A stretch of DNA of 64,000 bases from Candidatus Omnitrophota bacterium (GTDB lineage Bacteria; Omnitrophota; Gorgyraeia; Zapsychrales; Fredricksoniimonadaceae), in NCBI GenBank assembly GCA_903908245.1, contig CAIVRE010000024.1:9676-73675 (forward strand), written 5' to 3'. Position numbers and translations under genes: made by a program. Below the pieces are notes generated by a model, which made no database searches, was not told the DNA's origin, and worked only from the letters and a program-made list of their open reading frames with translations. Positions 26,753-36,049 of this stretch are shown here, piece by piece; the first letter of the stretch is position 1, and each line of letters begins with the position of its first letter.

Positions 26753-27661
26753 ATGCTTAAAGGCGCTTCGCTGCTCATTGTCGGCCATCGGGATTGCGTT
26801 GAGAACGGGCTGTTCGCGGATCTTTCGTCGGCCGGTTTCGATGTGGTCTCGTCCGCGCGTGCGGGGCTCGATGTTCTGAGCCGTCCCGCCGTGGAGGCTT
26901 TCTTCACCCGGAAAAAGCCTGTTTATGTTGTGCTCGCGTCGGTCCGTTCAGGCGGCATCGGGGTGAACCAGGCGCTTCCGGCGGAATTTATTTTCGAGAA
27001 TATCCAAGCGCAGGCGAATATCATCGATGTGTCCTACCGCTTCGGCGTGAAAAAACTCCTTTATCTTGCCGCTTCCTGTATTTATCCGAAAGACTGTCCC
27101 CAGCCGATGAAGGAAGAATATTTCCAGACCGGCCGCATGGAGCCGACCAGCGAGCCGTATTCGATGGCCAAGGCCGCGGGGGTGGTGATGTGCCAGGCGT
27201 ATCGCAGGCAGTACGGGTTCCCGGCGATCGTCGGAGTCCCTGCGACCGTGTACGGGCCGGGAGGGGAAGAAGATCCGAAAGAGGCCCATGTGCTTGGCAG
27301 CATGACGGCCAGATTCCGTGACGCCATTCAGGCGAAAGCTTCCGCCGTTTCGTTCTGGGGGACGGGGTCTCCCCGTCGGGAGTTCATTTATTCCGGCGAC
27401 TTCGCGGAGGCCTGCCGGTTTCTGCTGGAGCATTATGATCAGCCGGAAATGGTTAATATCGGCAATGGCAATGACATTTCGATCTTTGACCTGGCGTCTT
27501 TGATCGGGGATGTTTACGGTTTTGACGGCAAGATCAATTGGGATACGTCAAAACCCGACGGCGCTCCGCGGAAACTGCTGGATATCGCGCGCCTTTCCGC
27601 GCTGGGCTGGAAGCCAAGGGTCGGCTTGCGTGACGGGGTAGCGATCTGCGCGAAGGCGTGA
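26753..27661 (+). CDS. GDP-L-fucose synthase-like SDR (Fcl/WcaG family 3,5-epimerase/4-reductase)
   Basis: 'KKLLYLAASCIYPKDCPQPMKEEYFQTGRMEPTSEPYSMAKAAG' closely matches the Fcl core, including the YxxxK motif. The N-terminus is atypical. Confidence 0.7.
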   Translation: MLKGASLLIVGHRDCVENGLFADLSSAGFDVVSSARAGLDVLSRPAVEAFFTRKKPVYVVLASVRSGGIGVNQALPAEFIFENIQAQANIIDVSYRFGVKKLLYLAASCIYPKDCPQPMKEEYFQTGRMEPTSEPYSMAKAAGVVMCQAYRRQYGFPAIVGVPATVYGPGGEEDPKEAHVLGSMTARFRDAIQAKASAVSFWGTGSPRREFIYSGDFAEACRFLLEHYDQPEMVNIGNGNDISIFDLASLIGDVYGFDGKINWDTSKPDGAPRKLLDIARLSALGWKPRVGLRDGVAICAKA

Positions 27662-27665
27662 CATT

Positions 27666-29042
27666 ATGCCATGGTTTGTTATCGTCTTATGTTCTCTCCT
27701 GCCGTTCTATTGGGGATATTTACTCTTTAATACCCAGCCTGTTATCATTTTTGACGCGATCGGTTATGATGCGTCGGGCCGCCTGATCCTGAACCAGGGA
27801 TTGGCCGCTTTTTTTCATGGCCTTCAGCGTGAGCCGCTGTTCCCTTATTTGATATCCCGTGCGATGGGCCTGGGGCAGATGTTCGGCCTGCAATATCATT
27901 ATTTTCTTAAAGGCATCCTTTTTCTTTTTCTGGCAGGAACGCTGATGGGGATATACCGGCTTGCGCGGTTGCTGGGGGCTGGCCGGGGGATGGCGGGGAT
28001 GGGCGCGCTGTATGCCGGAGTATCGCCGATGATCGTGAATTCCGCCCTATGGTTATGGTCGGAAGCGGCGGCGTTACCCTGGGGTGTCTGGGGCGTGTTC
28101 TTTGCGATCAAAGCCTGGCGCTCGGCCATGGGGGGGCGATGTTATCGTCGGGTCGCGTTCTTTGCGTTGGCCTCTGCGGCTATGTTCGCCGGATTATTGC
28201 TGGTCAAGGCGGCGGTTTCCGTGGTGGTCGTTGTTTATGGCTTGCCGTTCCTGGTGGCAGGGATCGTTTTTTGTTTTCGCCGTGATTTCTATCGCGCGGG
28301 GGCTTTTGTCATAGCGGGGCTGGTCTTGCTGGGTGTGTTCATATCCGCGGTGGAAGGGTACAAGACTTTTAATTTCAGGATGAACGGGAATTACGCGCTG
28401 ACAGACCGTTTCGATTGGGCGTTATACGGTAATACGGCCCGTCGTCTGCAGCCTTTGACCCGGGATCGTGTCGCCCAGGCCGTATTGTCGGTGCCTCGCC
28501 TGGCGCTGTGCGAAAAGTATTACGGCCAGCAGCCTTGCGTGTTCTGGAGTTTTCCGATGTCCGACGCGATCAGCAACCAGGCGCTTGCGTATTGCGGCTC
28601 GCGTGGGCTTTCGTCGGAGCAGCAGCGCACCTTTCTGGTTGAGGAGTCCTTCAGGATGATGATGCAGCATCCTTTTCAACAGGCCGCGCTGTCGGCCCTG
28701 GAAGGGACCAAGATGCTGTTCTGGGACAACCGGGTCTATTTTGTGCGTTATCCGGACTGGCTGGCCAGGGCCTACAGCAACTGGGCCTTGATATACACAT
28801 TGTGTTTCGGATGGGCGGTCTTAAGCCTGGCATCGCTGGTTTATGCGTTCCTCCGCCGGTCGGCCGAGTTCCTGCTTGCGGCCAGTTTTGTGTTCTGGTT
28901 CATGGCCGTTCATTCGATCTTCTTTATTGATATCCGCTATGCTTTGCCCATTGCGCCGCTGTTCATCGCCCTGACCGCCGGGATGTTCGGAAGGGTTTTT
29001 CGGGGTACTTTCGGTTGCTTTTCTTTTAACGCAGAAGTATAA
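27666..29042 (+). CDS. polytopic membrane protein, probable GT-C glycosyltransferase
   Basis: 458 aa, about 11 TM helices, early loop 'IFDAIGYDASGRLIL'; no soluble domain. Confidence 0.4.
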   Translation: MPWFVIVLCSLLPFYWGYLLFNTQPVIIFDAIGYDASGRLILNQGLAAFFHGLQREPLFPYLISRAMGLGQMFGLQYHYFLKGILFLFLAGTLMGIYRLARLLGAGRGMAGMGALYAGVSPMIVNSALWLWSEAAALPWGVWGVFFAIKAWRSAMGGRCYRRVAFFALASAAMFAGLLLVKAAVSVVVVVYGLPFLVAGIVFCFRRDFYRAGAFVIAGLVLLGVFISAVEGYKTFNFRMNGNYALTDRFDWALYGNTARRLQPLTRDRVAQAVLSVPRLALCEKYYGQQPCVFWSFPMSDAISNQALAYCGSRGLSSEQQRTFLVEESFRMMMQHPFQQAALSALEGTKMLFWDNRVYFVRYPDWLARAYSNWALIYTLCFGWAVLSLASLVYAFLRRSAEFLLAASFVFWFMAVHSIFFIDIRYALPIAPLFIALTAGMFGRVFRGTFGCFSFNAEV

Positions 29043-29087
29043 TTTTATTTCAATAATACTAATTAATAATTATAAGGGGCATTTACA

Positions 29088-30020
29088 ATGAAGATATTGG
29101 TGACAGGCGGGGCAGGGTATTTGGGTTCGGTGATGGTGCCGCGGCTTATGGCGGAAGGGCATCAGGTGGTCGTTCTTGATAATTTTATGTATAACCAGTC
29201 GCCTCTTCTGGATCTTTGTCATGATTCAAAATTGACCATTGTCCGTGGCGATGCCCGGGATAAGAAGGTTGTCGAGAAGCTGATGAAGGGGGCGGACGCT
29301 GTTTTCCCGCTGGCCTGCCTGACCGGAGCACCCTTGTGTGCCAAGGATCCCGTGGGCGCCCAGACCATCCTGGTTGATGCGGTCAAGCTGATCGTGGAGC
29401 TTTCGTCCAAAGATCAGCGTCTGATCTTCCCGACGACCAATAGCGGATATGGCGTTGGGGAAAAGGGGAAGTTCTGTACGGAAGAAACGCCGCTTCGCCC
29501 TATATCCATCTACGGTAAGCTTAAGTGCGATGCGGAAAAAGCGATCCTTGATAGCGGCCACGGCATCACATTGCGCCTGGCGACTGCTTTCGGCGCCAGC
29601 CCTCGCATGAGGCTGGACCTTCTGGTCAATGATTTTGTTTATCGCGCGGTCAATGACCGCTTTGTGATCCTTTTTGAAGCACATTTCAAGCGCAACTTTA
29701 TTCATGCGCGCGATGTGGCCAAGGCGTTCATGCATTCGTTGAACAATTTTGAGGCAATGAAGAATGAGCCTTATAACGTGGGGCTTTCGGATGCCAATTT
29801 GAGCAAGCAGGAATTGTGCGAAGAGATCAAGAAGCATGTCCCTGATTTTTACTTTGTTGAAGCTGCCGTTGGAGAGGATCCGGACAAGCGCGATTATATT
29901 GTTTCCAACGCGAAGATCGAGCGTGCGGGGTTTAAGCCCGACATGTCGTTATCCGCCGGTATTGCCGAACTGGTCAAGGCGTACCAGGTCATTAAACGCA
30001 ATCATTATGCCAATATCTGA
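29088..30020 (+). CDS. NAD-dependent nucleotide-sugar epimerase/dehydratase/reductase (SDR)
   Basis: 'MKILVTGGAGYLGSVMV' Rossmann motif and catalytic 'SIYGKLK' (YxxxK); 310 aa. Preceded by an AT-rich 45-bp gap. Confidence 0.75.
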   Translation: MKILVTGGAGYLGSVMVPRLMAEGHQVVVLDNFMYNQSPLLDLCHDSKLTIVRGDARDKKVVEKLMKGADAVFPLACLTGAPLCAKDPVGAQTILVDAVKLIVELSSKDQRLIFPTTNSGYGVGEKGKFCTEETPLRPISIYGKLKCDAEKAILDSGHGITLRLATAFGASPRMRLDLLVNDFVYRAVNDRFVILFEAHFKRNFIHARDVAKAFMHSLNNFEAMKNEPYNVGLSDANLSKQELCEEIKKHVPDFYFVEAAVGEDPDKRDYIVSNAKIERAGFKPDMSLSAGIAELVKAYQVIKRNHYANI

Positions 30021-31255
30021 TGCCTAAAGTTTTCGTCAAACCCAACGACAAGAAGCGGCAGTACAGCCGGGTTCAGCACCTCAGCGCGATCGAGACGCCG
30101 GTATGGCTTTCGTTCATGTCCAAAGCGCAGGAGGACAGTATTATTGTCGATATGGAGGCCGAGGGCCTAGACGAGAAGGGGCTTGTATTGCGGTTGAAGG
30201 ATGTTTCTGTTGATGAGGTGGTATTGCTTGCGACCGGCTCTCATCCGTCCGCGCATATTCAGCAGTCGGAAGCGGCCGATCGTCTTAAGAAGGGGGTTGA
30301 GGCGATCTTTGATGTGCCGGTGCGCGTTGAGAACCGGCTGTTCTTCGATCCGACCGCGATGGGGGCCATTCCCTACGAAAAATTGCGCCTGCCGCTTTAC
30401 CGGGCGCACAATTGGCATTCCTGGGGGAGGCCGGACCGGTCTTATGGGGCCACCTTTTCCAGCATTTCCTGCCCGTTCAAATGTGATTTCTGTTGTGTCA
30501 AGGATTTCTACCGTTCCGATTACCGCCGGCGTGATCCCCGGCTTGTGCTGGAAGATATCAAGGCGCTGGTGTCGAGCGGAGTGACCAATATCAAGATGAT
30601 GGATGAGCTTTTTGCCCTGGAGCATAAGGGGACGCGCGAGGTTTGTGAGCTCCTGAGGGCGGAAGGCCTGGGGGAGGTCGTTAATATCTGGGCGTATGCC
30701 CGGATCGATACCGTGAGTGAGGATCTGCTGAAAGTGCTGCGCCGGGCGGGGGTGCGCTGGCTGGCTTACGGCATTGAGTCGGGGAATGAGGCGATCCGTG
30801 CCGGGGCGATGAAGGGCAAGTTTACCAATGACCATGTCAGGTCGGTCATTCAAATGACCAAGGACGCGGATATCAGTATTGTCGGAAATTATATGTTTGG
30901 TTTTTGGGATGATACTTTTGAGACTATGAGAGAAACGCTTGATCTGGCCAAGAATCTTAATTGTGAGTATTCGAATTTTTATTGCATGAGCGTTTATCCC
31001 GGGAGCCGTCTTTATGATGAAATGAAGGCCCGTGGAGTGGATCTGCCGCTTACCAGTGAAGAGTTCGCGCAGATGAGCCCCAATTTCAAGCCTGTGCCCA
31101 CCAAGGCTTTGAGCGGGCGTGAAGTGATGGCGTTCCGCGATGCCGCTTTCAGTGAATATTTCTGTGATCCGGGGTATTTGTCGATGATGGGGGGGCGCTT
31201 TGGAAGCCACGCGGTTGAAGAGATCAAAGCCATGACCAGTATCGAGATACGTTGA
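30020..31255 (+). CDS. class B (B12-binding) radical SAM enzyme
   Basis: 'ISCPFKCDFCCVK' CxxxCxxC motif after an N-terminal B12-like domain; 411 aa. Confidence 0.75.
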   Translation: MPKVFVKPNDKKRQYSRVQHLSAIETPVWLSFMSKAQEDSIIVDMEAEGLDEKGLVLRLKDVSVDEVVLLATGSHPSAHIQQSEAADRLKKGVEAIFDVPVRVENRLFFDPTAMGAIPYEKLRLPLYRAHNWHSWGRPDRSYGATFSSISCPFKCDFCCVKDFYRSDYRRRDPRLVLEDIKALVSSGVTNIKMMDELFALEHKGTREVCELLRAEGLGEVVNIWAYARIDTVSEDLLKVLRRAGVRWLAYGIESGNEAIRAGAMKGKFTNDHVRSVIQMTKDADISIVGNYMFGFWDDTFETMRETLDLAKNLNCEYSNFYCMSVYPGSRLYDEMKARGVDLPLTSEEFAQMSPNFKPVPTKALSGREVMAFRDAAFSEYFCDPGYLSMMGGRFGSHAVEEIKAMTSIEIR

Positions 31256-32466
31256 TGTTCTCTAAGCTGCTGATCGCCGTCATTGTTTTTAGTATTTGCG
31301 TATCTTGCGGAATAAGGATCGCTTCCCAAAAGCTTTTATGGAATGACGAGCTTTTTACCCAGGTGGAAACGATTGACCGTCTGGGTTATTCGGATATCGG
31401 GCGGGCAAAGTTCCCGGAAGGGAATTTAAGCCCGTTGTTCTATCTCGGGCAGAAATTCATTTGCCGTTGGACGGACTATCGCCTGCCGGTCCAATGGAAC
31501 GGTGAGTTTTGCATTTATGAGCCTCGCGGGCAGGTGTTATTGCGGATACTTCCGGTGGCCTGTATGTCGCTGGCGGTGGCTTTGATCTTTTTATATTTTG
31601 CCTGCCGTGTTTCTATCCCGGCCGGGTTCCTTGGCCTCGCGGTGACGCTGTCGGGGTTCAGCGTCTGGGCGTTCATGCCGGAAGCCAGGCCGTACAGTTT
31701 ATGGTTTTTGTTGTGTTCCCTGCAAGCGATGCTTTTCATGGAGATCCTGGATGGCCGGAATGCCCGGAAGTTCTGGCCGTGGGTCCTTATGGCGCTGGTG
31801 AATGTGCTGCTTTCATTGACGATCTTTTTCTCAGCGATCCCTATTATTGCCGTGTCGGCTGTTCTTTTCTTCGGGCAGTGGGGCAGGTATATGCGTAACT
31901 GTATTTTTGTAACGGTGATCCCGCTGGCGGGATGTGTGTTGTATTATCTTTTGGCCAAGCGGACGTATTCAAATTTGTCCGAGGATCCGGCCAGTGTTCT
32001 TCGGATGTTGAAAAGCGGGGCTGTTCTTTTTTTCTCAGGCGGGATCTTCGCGCAGAGAGACTTGATCCTGACCAATATCCCGCCGTTCTGGGGCTATTTC
32101 CTGGGTGTCGGTTCTTGTATTGTCGGATGGTTGTCCCTATCCAAAAGAGGGGCGGATGTTCTTGCGGGGTTTAAAGGGTTTTTCTCAGCGCTTGTCATGA
32201 TGCTTGTGATGGTATGCGCGGTCATTATATGGTTCTTCGGCTGGAGGGCGAGCGGGAATTTTGGCATAGCAGAGAGATATTTTATTTTTTTAACGCCGTT
32301 TGCCATCTTTCTGATCATGTCCCTCGTTCGGGTCTTATGGAGTTTTGCGAAAGAGGACGGCTTGTACCGGCTGATGGTGGTTGTCGGTATGGGTTCAATG
32401 ATCGCGTTAACATCATTATGGACGCATATCCATTTAATGAAATGGGGGCCGTTTTGGTCGCTGTAA
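31252..32466 (+). CDS. polytopic membrane protein, probable GT-C glycosyltransferase (ArnT/PMT-like loop motif)
   Basis: 404 aa, multi-TM, early loop 'LWNDELFTQVETIDR' resembling the GT-C DE motif. Confidence 0.45.
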   Translation: MMFSKLLIAVIVFSICVSCGIRIASQKLLWNDELFTQVETIDRLGYSDIGRAKFPEGNLSPLFYLGQKFICRWTDYRLPVQWNGEFCIYEPRGQVLLRILPVACMSLAVALIFLYFACRVSIPAGFLGLAVTLSGFSVWAFMPEARPYSLWFLLCSLQAMLFMEILDGRNARKFWPWVLMALVNVLLSLTIFFSAIPIIAVSAVLFFGQWGRYMRNCIFVTVIPLAGCVLYYLLAKRTYSNLSEDPASVLRMLKSGAVLFFSGGIFAQRDLILTNIPPFWGYFLGVGSCIVGWLSLSKRGADVLAGFKGFFSALVMMLVMVCAVIIWFFGWRASGNFGIAERYFIFLTPFAIFLIMSLVRVLWSFAKEDGLYRLMVVVGMGSMIALTSLWTHIHLMKWGPFWSL

Positions 32467-33164
32467 GGGATTCCCTTCGGGTATCTGTGATCAAAGCGGT
32501 GGTTTTTCTGATCATTGTTTTGGGCGTAGCGTTCGCCTGGGGAATGCTTTGGCAGGATTACCCCAGGGCGAGGGAAGGCCTTTTCTCCCGGCGGATCGAC
32601 AGTTATCTTCCGGATCTGGCGGCTCTTCGGCCGGAACTGCTGCGCAGCAGCAAGGAGGGGGACAGGTATCTGGCGTATTATCACCTGATCGAGCGGGAAG
32701 CTCCCGGGACGGCCGGCGTGAATGAAGCGCTTGGCTATTGTTATTATTATTCCGGTGATAGCCACCGGGCGGTCAGATATTTTGAACAGGCGTTAAGGTC
32801 TACTCCGGATTCTTTTATTGCCCGTTATAATCTCGGGGTTATTTATTATCAGAAGAAAGATTTTGAACGGGCGCTGGGTTATTTTCAGCAGGCCGTCAGT
32901 CTGCCTGAGAGCCGGGTTTTCAGTTACGGGATCGGGTCCAAGGTGTTTTCCCAGTTCAGGGTGGTGCGAAAGGTCACTTCCGTTGAGGCTCTGGTGAGAT
33001 TGCGCCGGGAATACGATGACGCGAAGCGTTTTATCAAGGTTTGTATGGAGAAACAGGGCAAGGCCGGGGAGCTTCTGATACTGGCCATGAGGTATAATGA
33101 CCTGCGTCAGGCCTGGACGCAGTACGGCGGTGAGCCGTCAACCATGGAACTGATTGTTTTCTAA
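32442..33164 (+). CDS. TPR-repeat protein with N-terminal membrane anchor or signal
   Basis: 'LGYCYYYSGDSHRAVRYFEQAL...ARYNLGVIYYQKKDFERALGYFQQAV' TPR units. Start is ambiguous (ATG 32442 overlaps upstream by 25 nt; a GTG near 32486 is an alternative). Paralogous to 60962..61639. Confidence 0.55.
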   Translation: MGAVLVAVRDSLRVSVIKAVVFLIIVLGVAFAWGMLWQDYPRAREGLFSRRIDSYLPDLAALRPELLRSSKEGDRYLAYYHLIEREAPGTAGVNEALGYCYYYSGDSHRAVRYFEQALRSTPDSFIARYNLGVIYYQKKDFERALGYFQQAVSLPESRVFSYGIGSKVFSQFRVVRKVTSVEALVRLRREYDDAKRFIKVCMEKQGKAGELLILAMRYNDLRQAWTQYGGEPSTMELIVF

Positions 33165-33179
33165 AAGCGAGAGTGACCA

Positions 33180-34178
33180 ATGATCATTTCAAGGACGCCT
33201 TTCCGTATTTCGTTCTTCGGCGGCGGGACAGATTATCCGGCGTGGTTCAAGGACAGCCCGGGTGCGGTTTTGGCGACTTCGATCGACAAGTATTGCTATT
33301 TGACGGTGCGTTACCTGCCTCCATTCTTTGAGCATCGTTCAAGGATCATTTATTCCAAGATGGAGCATGTGCAGGGGGTCGATGAGATCGATCACCCGTC
33401 AGTGCGGGAGACATTGCGTTTCATGAACGTCCATGAGGGGATCGAAGTCCATCATGACGGCGACCTTCCGGCCCGTACGGGCCTTGGGTCGAGTTCGGCA
33501 TTCACGGTCGGCCTGTTGAATGTCCTTTACGCGCTCAAAGGCGTGATGACGACCAAACAGCAGCTGGCGGAGCAGGCCATTCATATCGAACAGAATTTGA
33601 TCAAAGAGAACGTCGGGTCCCAGGATCAGGCGCTGGCGGCTTATGGCGGGTTCAATCATATCGAGTTTCTCAATGACGGGCATTTGAATGTGCGTCAGCT
33701 GACATTGTCGGGCGAGCGCATGAGGAATTTGCAGAATCACATGATGTTGTTCTTTACCGGATTTTCCCGCACCGCCTCTCAGATCGCGGCGCATCAGATC
33801 CAGAATATCCCCAACCGTCGCAGGGAACTTGCGACGATGTATGGTTTTGTGCAGGAGGCGTTAAAGTGTCTGAACGATAATGATCTAAAAGGTTTCGGGG
33901 TCCTGCTCAATGAAAGCTGGAAGCTCAAGCGTACGCTTTCCGACAAGATCACGACGGATGTTATCGACGATATTTACGCCCGGGCCATGAAGGCCGGAGC
34001 GTTGGGGGGGAAATTGCTGGGCGCGGGCGGCGGCGGGTTCGTTCTGATCTATGCGGAGCCCGATCAAAAGCCTGCCGTTCGGCAGGCCCTGAGCGGTTTT
34101 CTCGAGATCCCTTTTAAGTTTGAAGGGCTTGGCAGTCAGATCATTTTTTATCAGCCCAATAGCGGGGTGGTGGCATGA
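33180..34178 (+). CDS. hddA: GHMP-family sugar kinase, D-glycero-alpha-D-manno-heptose 7-phosphate kinase (HddA)-like
   Basis: 'ISRTPFRISFFGGGTDYPAW' and GHMP motif 'PARTGLGSSSAFTVGLLNVL'; 332 aa. Confidence 0.7.
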   Translation: MIISRTPFRISFFGGGTDYPAWFKDSPGAVLATSIDKYCYLTVRYLPPFFEHRSRIIYSKMEHVQGVDEIDHPSVRETLRFMNVHEGIEVHHDGDLPARTGLGSSSAFTVGLLNVLYALKGVMTTKQQLAEQAIHIEQNLIKENVGSQDQALAAYGGFNHIEFLNDGHLNVRQLTLSGERMRNLQNHMMLFFTGFSRTASQIAAHQIQNIPNRRRELATMYGFVQEALKCLNDNDLKGFGVLLNESWKLKRTLSDKITTDVIDDIYARAMKAGALGGKLLGAGGGGFVLIYAEPDQKPAVRQALSGFLEIPFKFEGLGSQIIFYQPNSGVVA

Positions 34179-34876
34179 ATGCGGATTTTTGTGTATTGTG
34201 CGGAGGTTTAGGGACGCGCCTTCGTTCGGTGACGGGAGATACGCCCAAAGTCATGGCGGAGGTCCAGGGAGAGCCTTTCCTGGATTTTCTGATCCGTTAT
34301 CTGATCCGGCAGGGGGCCCGGCGGGTGATATTATGTGCCGGATATAAAGGTGAGTCGCTGGCCGGGCATTACAGGAATAAATTCAAGGAGATCGATGTGC
34401 AGATGTCGATCGAGCGCGAGCCTCTGGGGACGGGGGGCGCGTTCAAAAATGCTCAAAGCCTTGTTAAGAGTGATACGGTTTTTGGCTTGAACGGAGATTG
34501 TTTTACGCCGGTCCCTTACGCGCAGATGCTGGGGGCATACCAGAAGAAGTCTGCGCTTATTACCCTGGCGGGCGTGCGGGTGGAGGGCAATAAGGATTTC
34601 GGCACAATTGTCATGAATGAAAAAGATGAGGTTCTTGAGTTCAAGGAAAAGTTCGCAACAAGCGAGGTCCAGTATATCAGTGCGGGGATCTATTGTTTCC
34701 AACGGAAACTTTTTGATATGATGCCTGAGGGAAAATTTTCCATTGAATACGACCTTTTCCCGCAATTGATTGGGAAACGGTTTTTCGGGTTCAAGGTGGA
34801 CGCACCGTTCATTGATATCGGGACGCCGGAGCGGTTTGAATGGGCGAAGAAGCATTTGAAGGAGATGTTGCAATGA
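34175..34876 (+). CDS. hddC: sugar-1-phosphate nucleotidyltransferase, D-glycero-alpha-D-manno-heptose 1-phosphate guanylyltransferase (HddC)-like
   Basis: 'FCVLCGGLGTRLRSVTGDTPKVMAEV' NTP-transferase G-loop; 233 aa. Overlaps the upstream stop. Confidence 0.7.
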   Translation: MNADFCVLCGGLGTRLRSVTGDTPKVMAEVQGEPFLDFLIRYLIRQGARRVILCAGYKGESLAGHYRNKFKEIDVQMSIEREPLGTGGAFKNAQSLVKSDTVFGLNGDCFTPVPYAQMLGAYQKKSALITLAGVRVEGNKDFGTIVMNEKDEVLEFKEKFATSEVQYISAGIYCFQRKLFDMMPEGKFSIEYDLFPQLIGKRFFGFKVDAPFIDIGTPERFEWAKKHLKEMLQ

Positions 34877-36042
34877 AGATCCAGGCGGGACAGGAATCAA
34901 AAAAATCGGGGTATAAAGTTCCTTTTGGAACGGTGTCCATCACGGATAAAGCGCGCAAGCTTATTGATGCGGCGCTGGAGTCCAAGTGGGTCACCAAAGG
35001 CAAATATGTCAAAGAGTTCGAGGAGAAATTCGCGGCGCTGTTCGGCGTGAAATACGGCGTGGCGGTTTCCAGCGGTACGGATGCCGATGCGTTGGCGTGC
35101 GCTGCGCTTTATGATTTCGGCGCGCGGCGCGGGGATGAAGTGATCATTCCGGCCCTGTCGTTCGTGGCTACCGGCAATGCCGTTTTTCAGGCGGGGTTTA
35201 CTCCGGTGTTCGTGGATGTGAAACGCACCACGCTTAATATTGATCCCGACAAGATCGAAGCGAAGATCACGCCCCTTACCAGGGCTATTATGCCGGTGCA
35301 TTTGATGGGAAAGCCGGCCGAGATGGATAAGATCTGCGCGATCGCGCAAAAACATAATCTTAAGATCATTGAGGACGCGGCCGAGGCGCATGGCGCGGAG
35401 TACCGCGGACAAAAGATCGGTTCGATCGGGGACATGGCATGTTTCAGCCTTTATGCCGCGCATATCGTGACGACCATTGAGGGCGGGATCATTATCACGG
35501 ATTCCGAAAAGACAGCGGAGGCCCTGCGGAGCCTGCGCAATCACGGGATGACGGGGAAGTTCACCTTCGAGCGTATCGGTTTTTCGGCCAAAATGAACGA
35601 GATCGAAGCGGCCGTCGGCTTGGGGAATATTGATATCTTTCAGCATATCCTTGATACGCGCCGGCGGAATATGCTTTATCTGATCGACAAGTTCGCCCGT
35701 TTTGACAAGGTTTTTATTACGATGAAAGAAGAGCCTCATGAAAGGCTCGGGCCGCATGCGTTTTCTATTATTCTGCGTGAGGGATTAAAGTTCACCAAAG
35801 ATGAATTTGTGGCGTATATTGAGTCGAAGGGCGTGGATTCGCGCAACCTGTTTTATTCGATGCCGACCCAGTGCCCCAGTTATTCCTTTTTGGGGCATAA
35901 GCTGGGGGATTTTCCGGAAGCGGAATATTGCAGTGATCATGGGACGCATATCGGCATCCATCAGGATATCGAGGTTAGCCAGCTGGATTATGTGGTCGAG
36001 GTGGTTGAGGGGTTTTTAAAAGGCAAGGGGGTTTCTTATTAA
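34873..36042 (+). CDS. DegT/DnrJ/EryC1/StrS-family aminotransferase
   Basis: 'YGVAVSSGTDADALA', 'DAAEAHGAEYRG', 'FSLYAAHIVTTIEGG'. ATG at 34873 overlaps the upstream TGA (ATGA). Confidence 0.85.
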   Translation: MKIQAGQESKKSGYKVPFGTVSITDKARKLIDAALESKWVTKGKYVKEFEEKFAALFGVKYGVAVSSGTDADALACAALYDFGARRGDEVIIPALSFVATGNAVFQAGFTPVFVDVKRTTLNIDPDKIEAKITPLTRAIMPVHLMGKPAEMDKICAIAQKHNLKIIEDAAEAHGAEYRGQKIGSIGDMACFSLYAAHIVTTIEGGIIITDSEKTAEALRSLRNHGMTGKFTFERIGFSAKMNEIEAAVGLGNIDIFQHILDTRRRNMLYLIDKFARFDKVFITMKEEPHERLGPHAFSIILREGLKFTKDEFVAYIESKGVDSRNLFYSMPTQCPSYSFLGHKLGDFPEAEYCSDHGTHIGIHQDIEVSQLDYVVEVVEGFLKGKGVSY

Positions 36043-36049
36043 AGAATAT

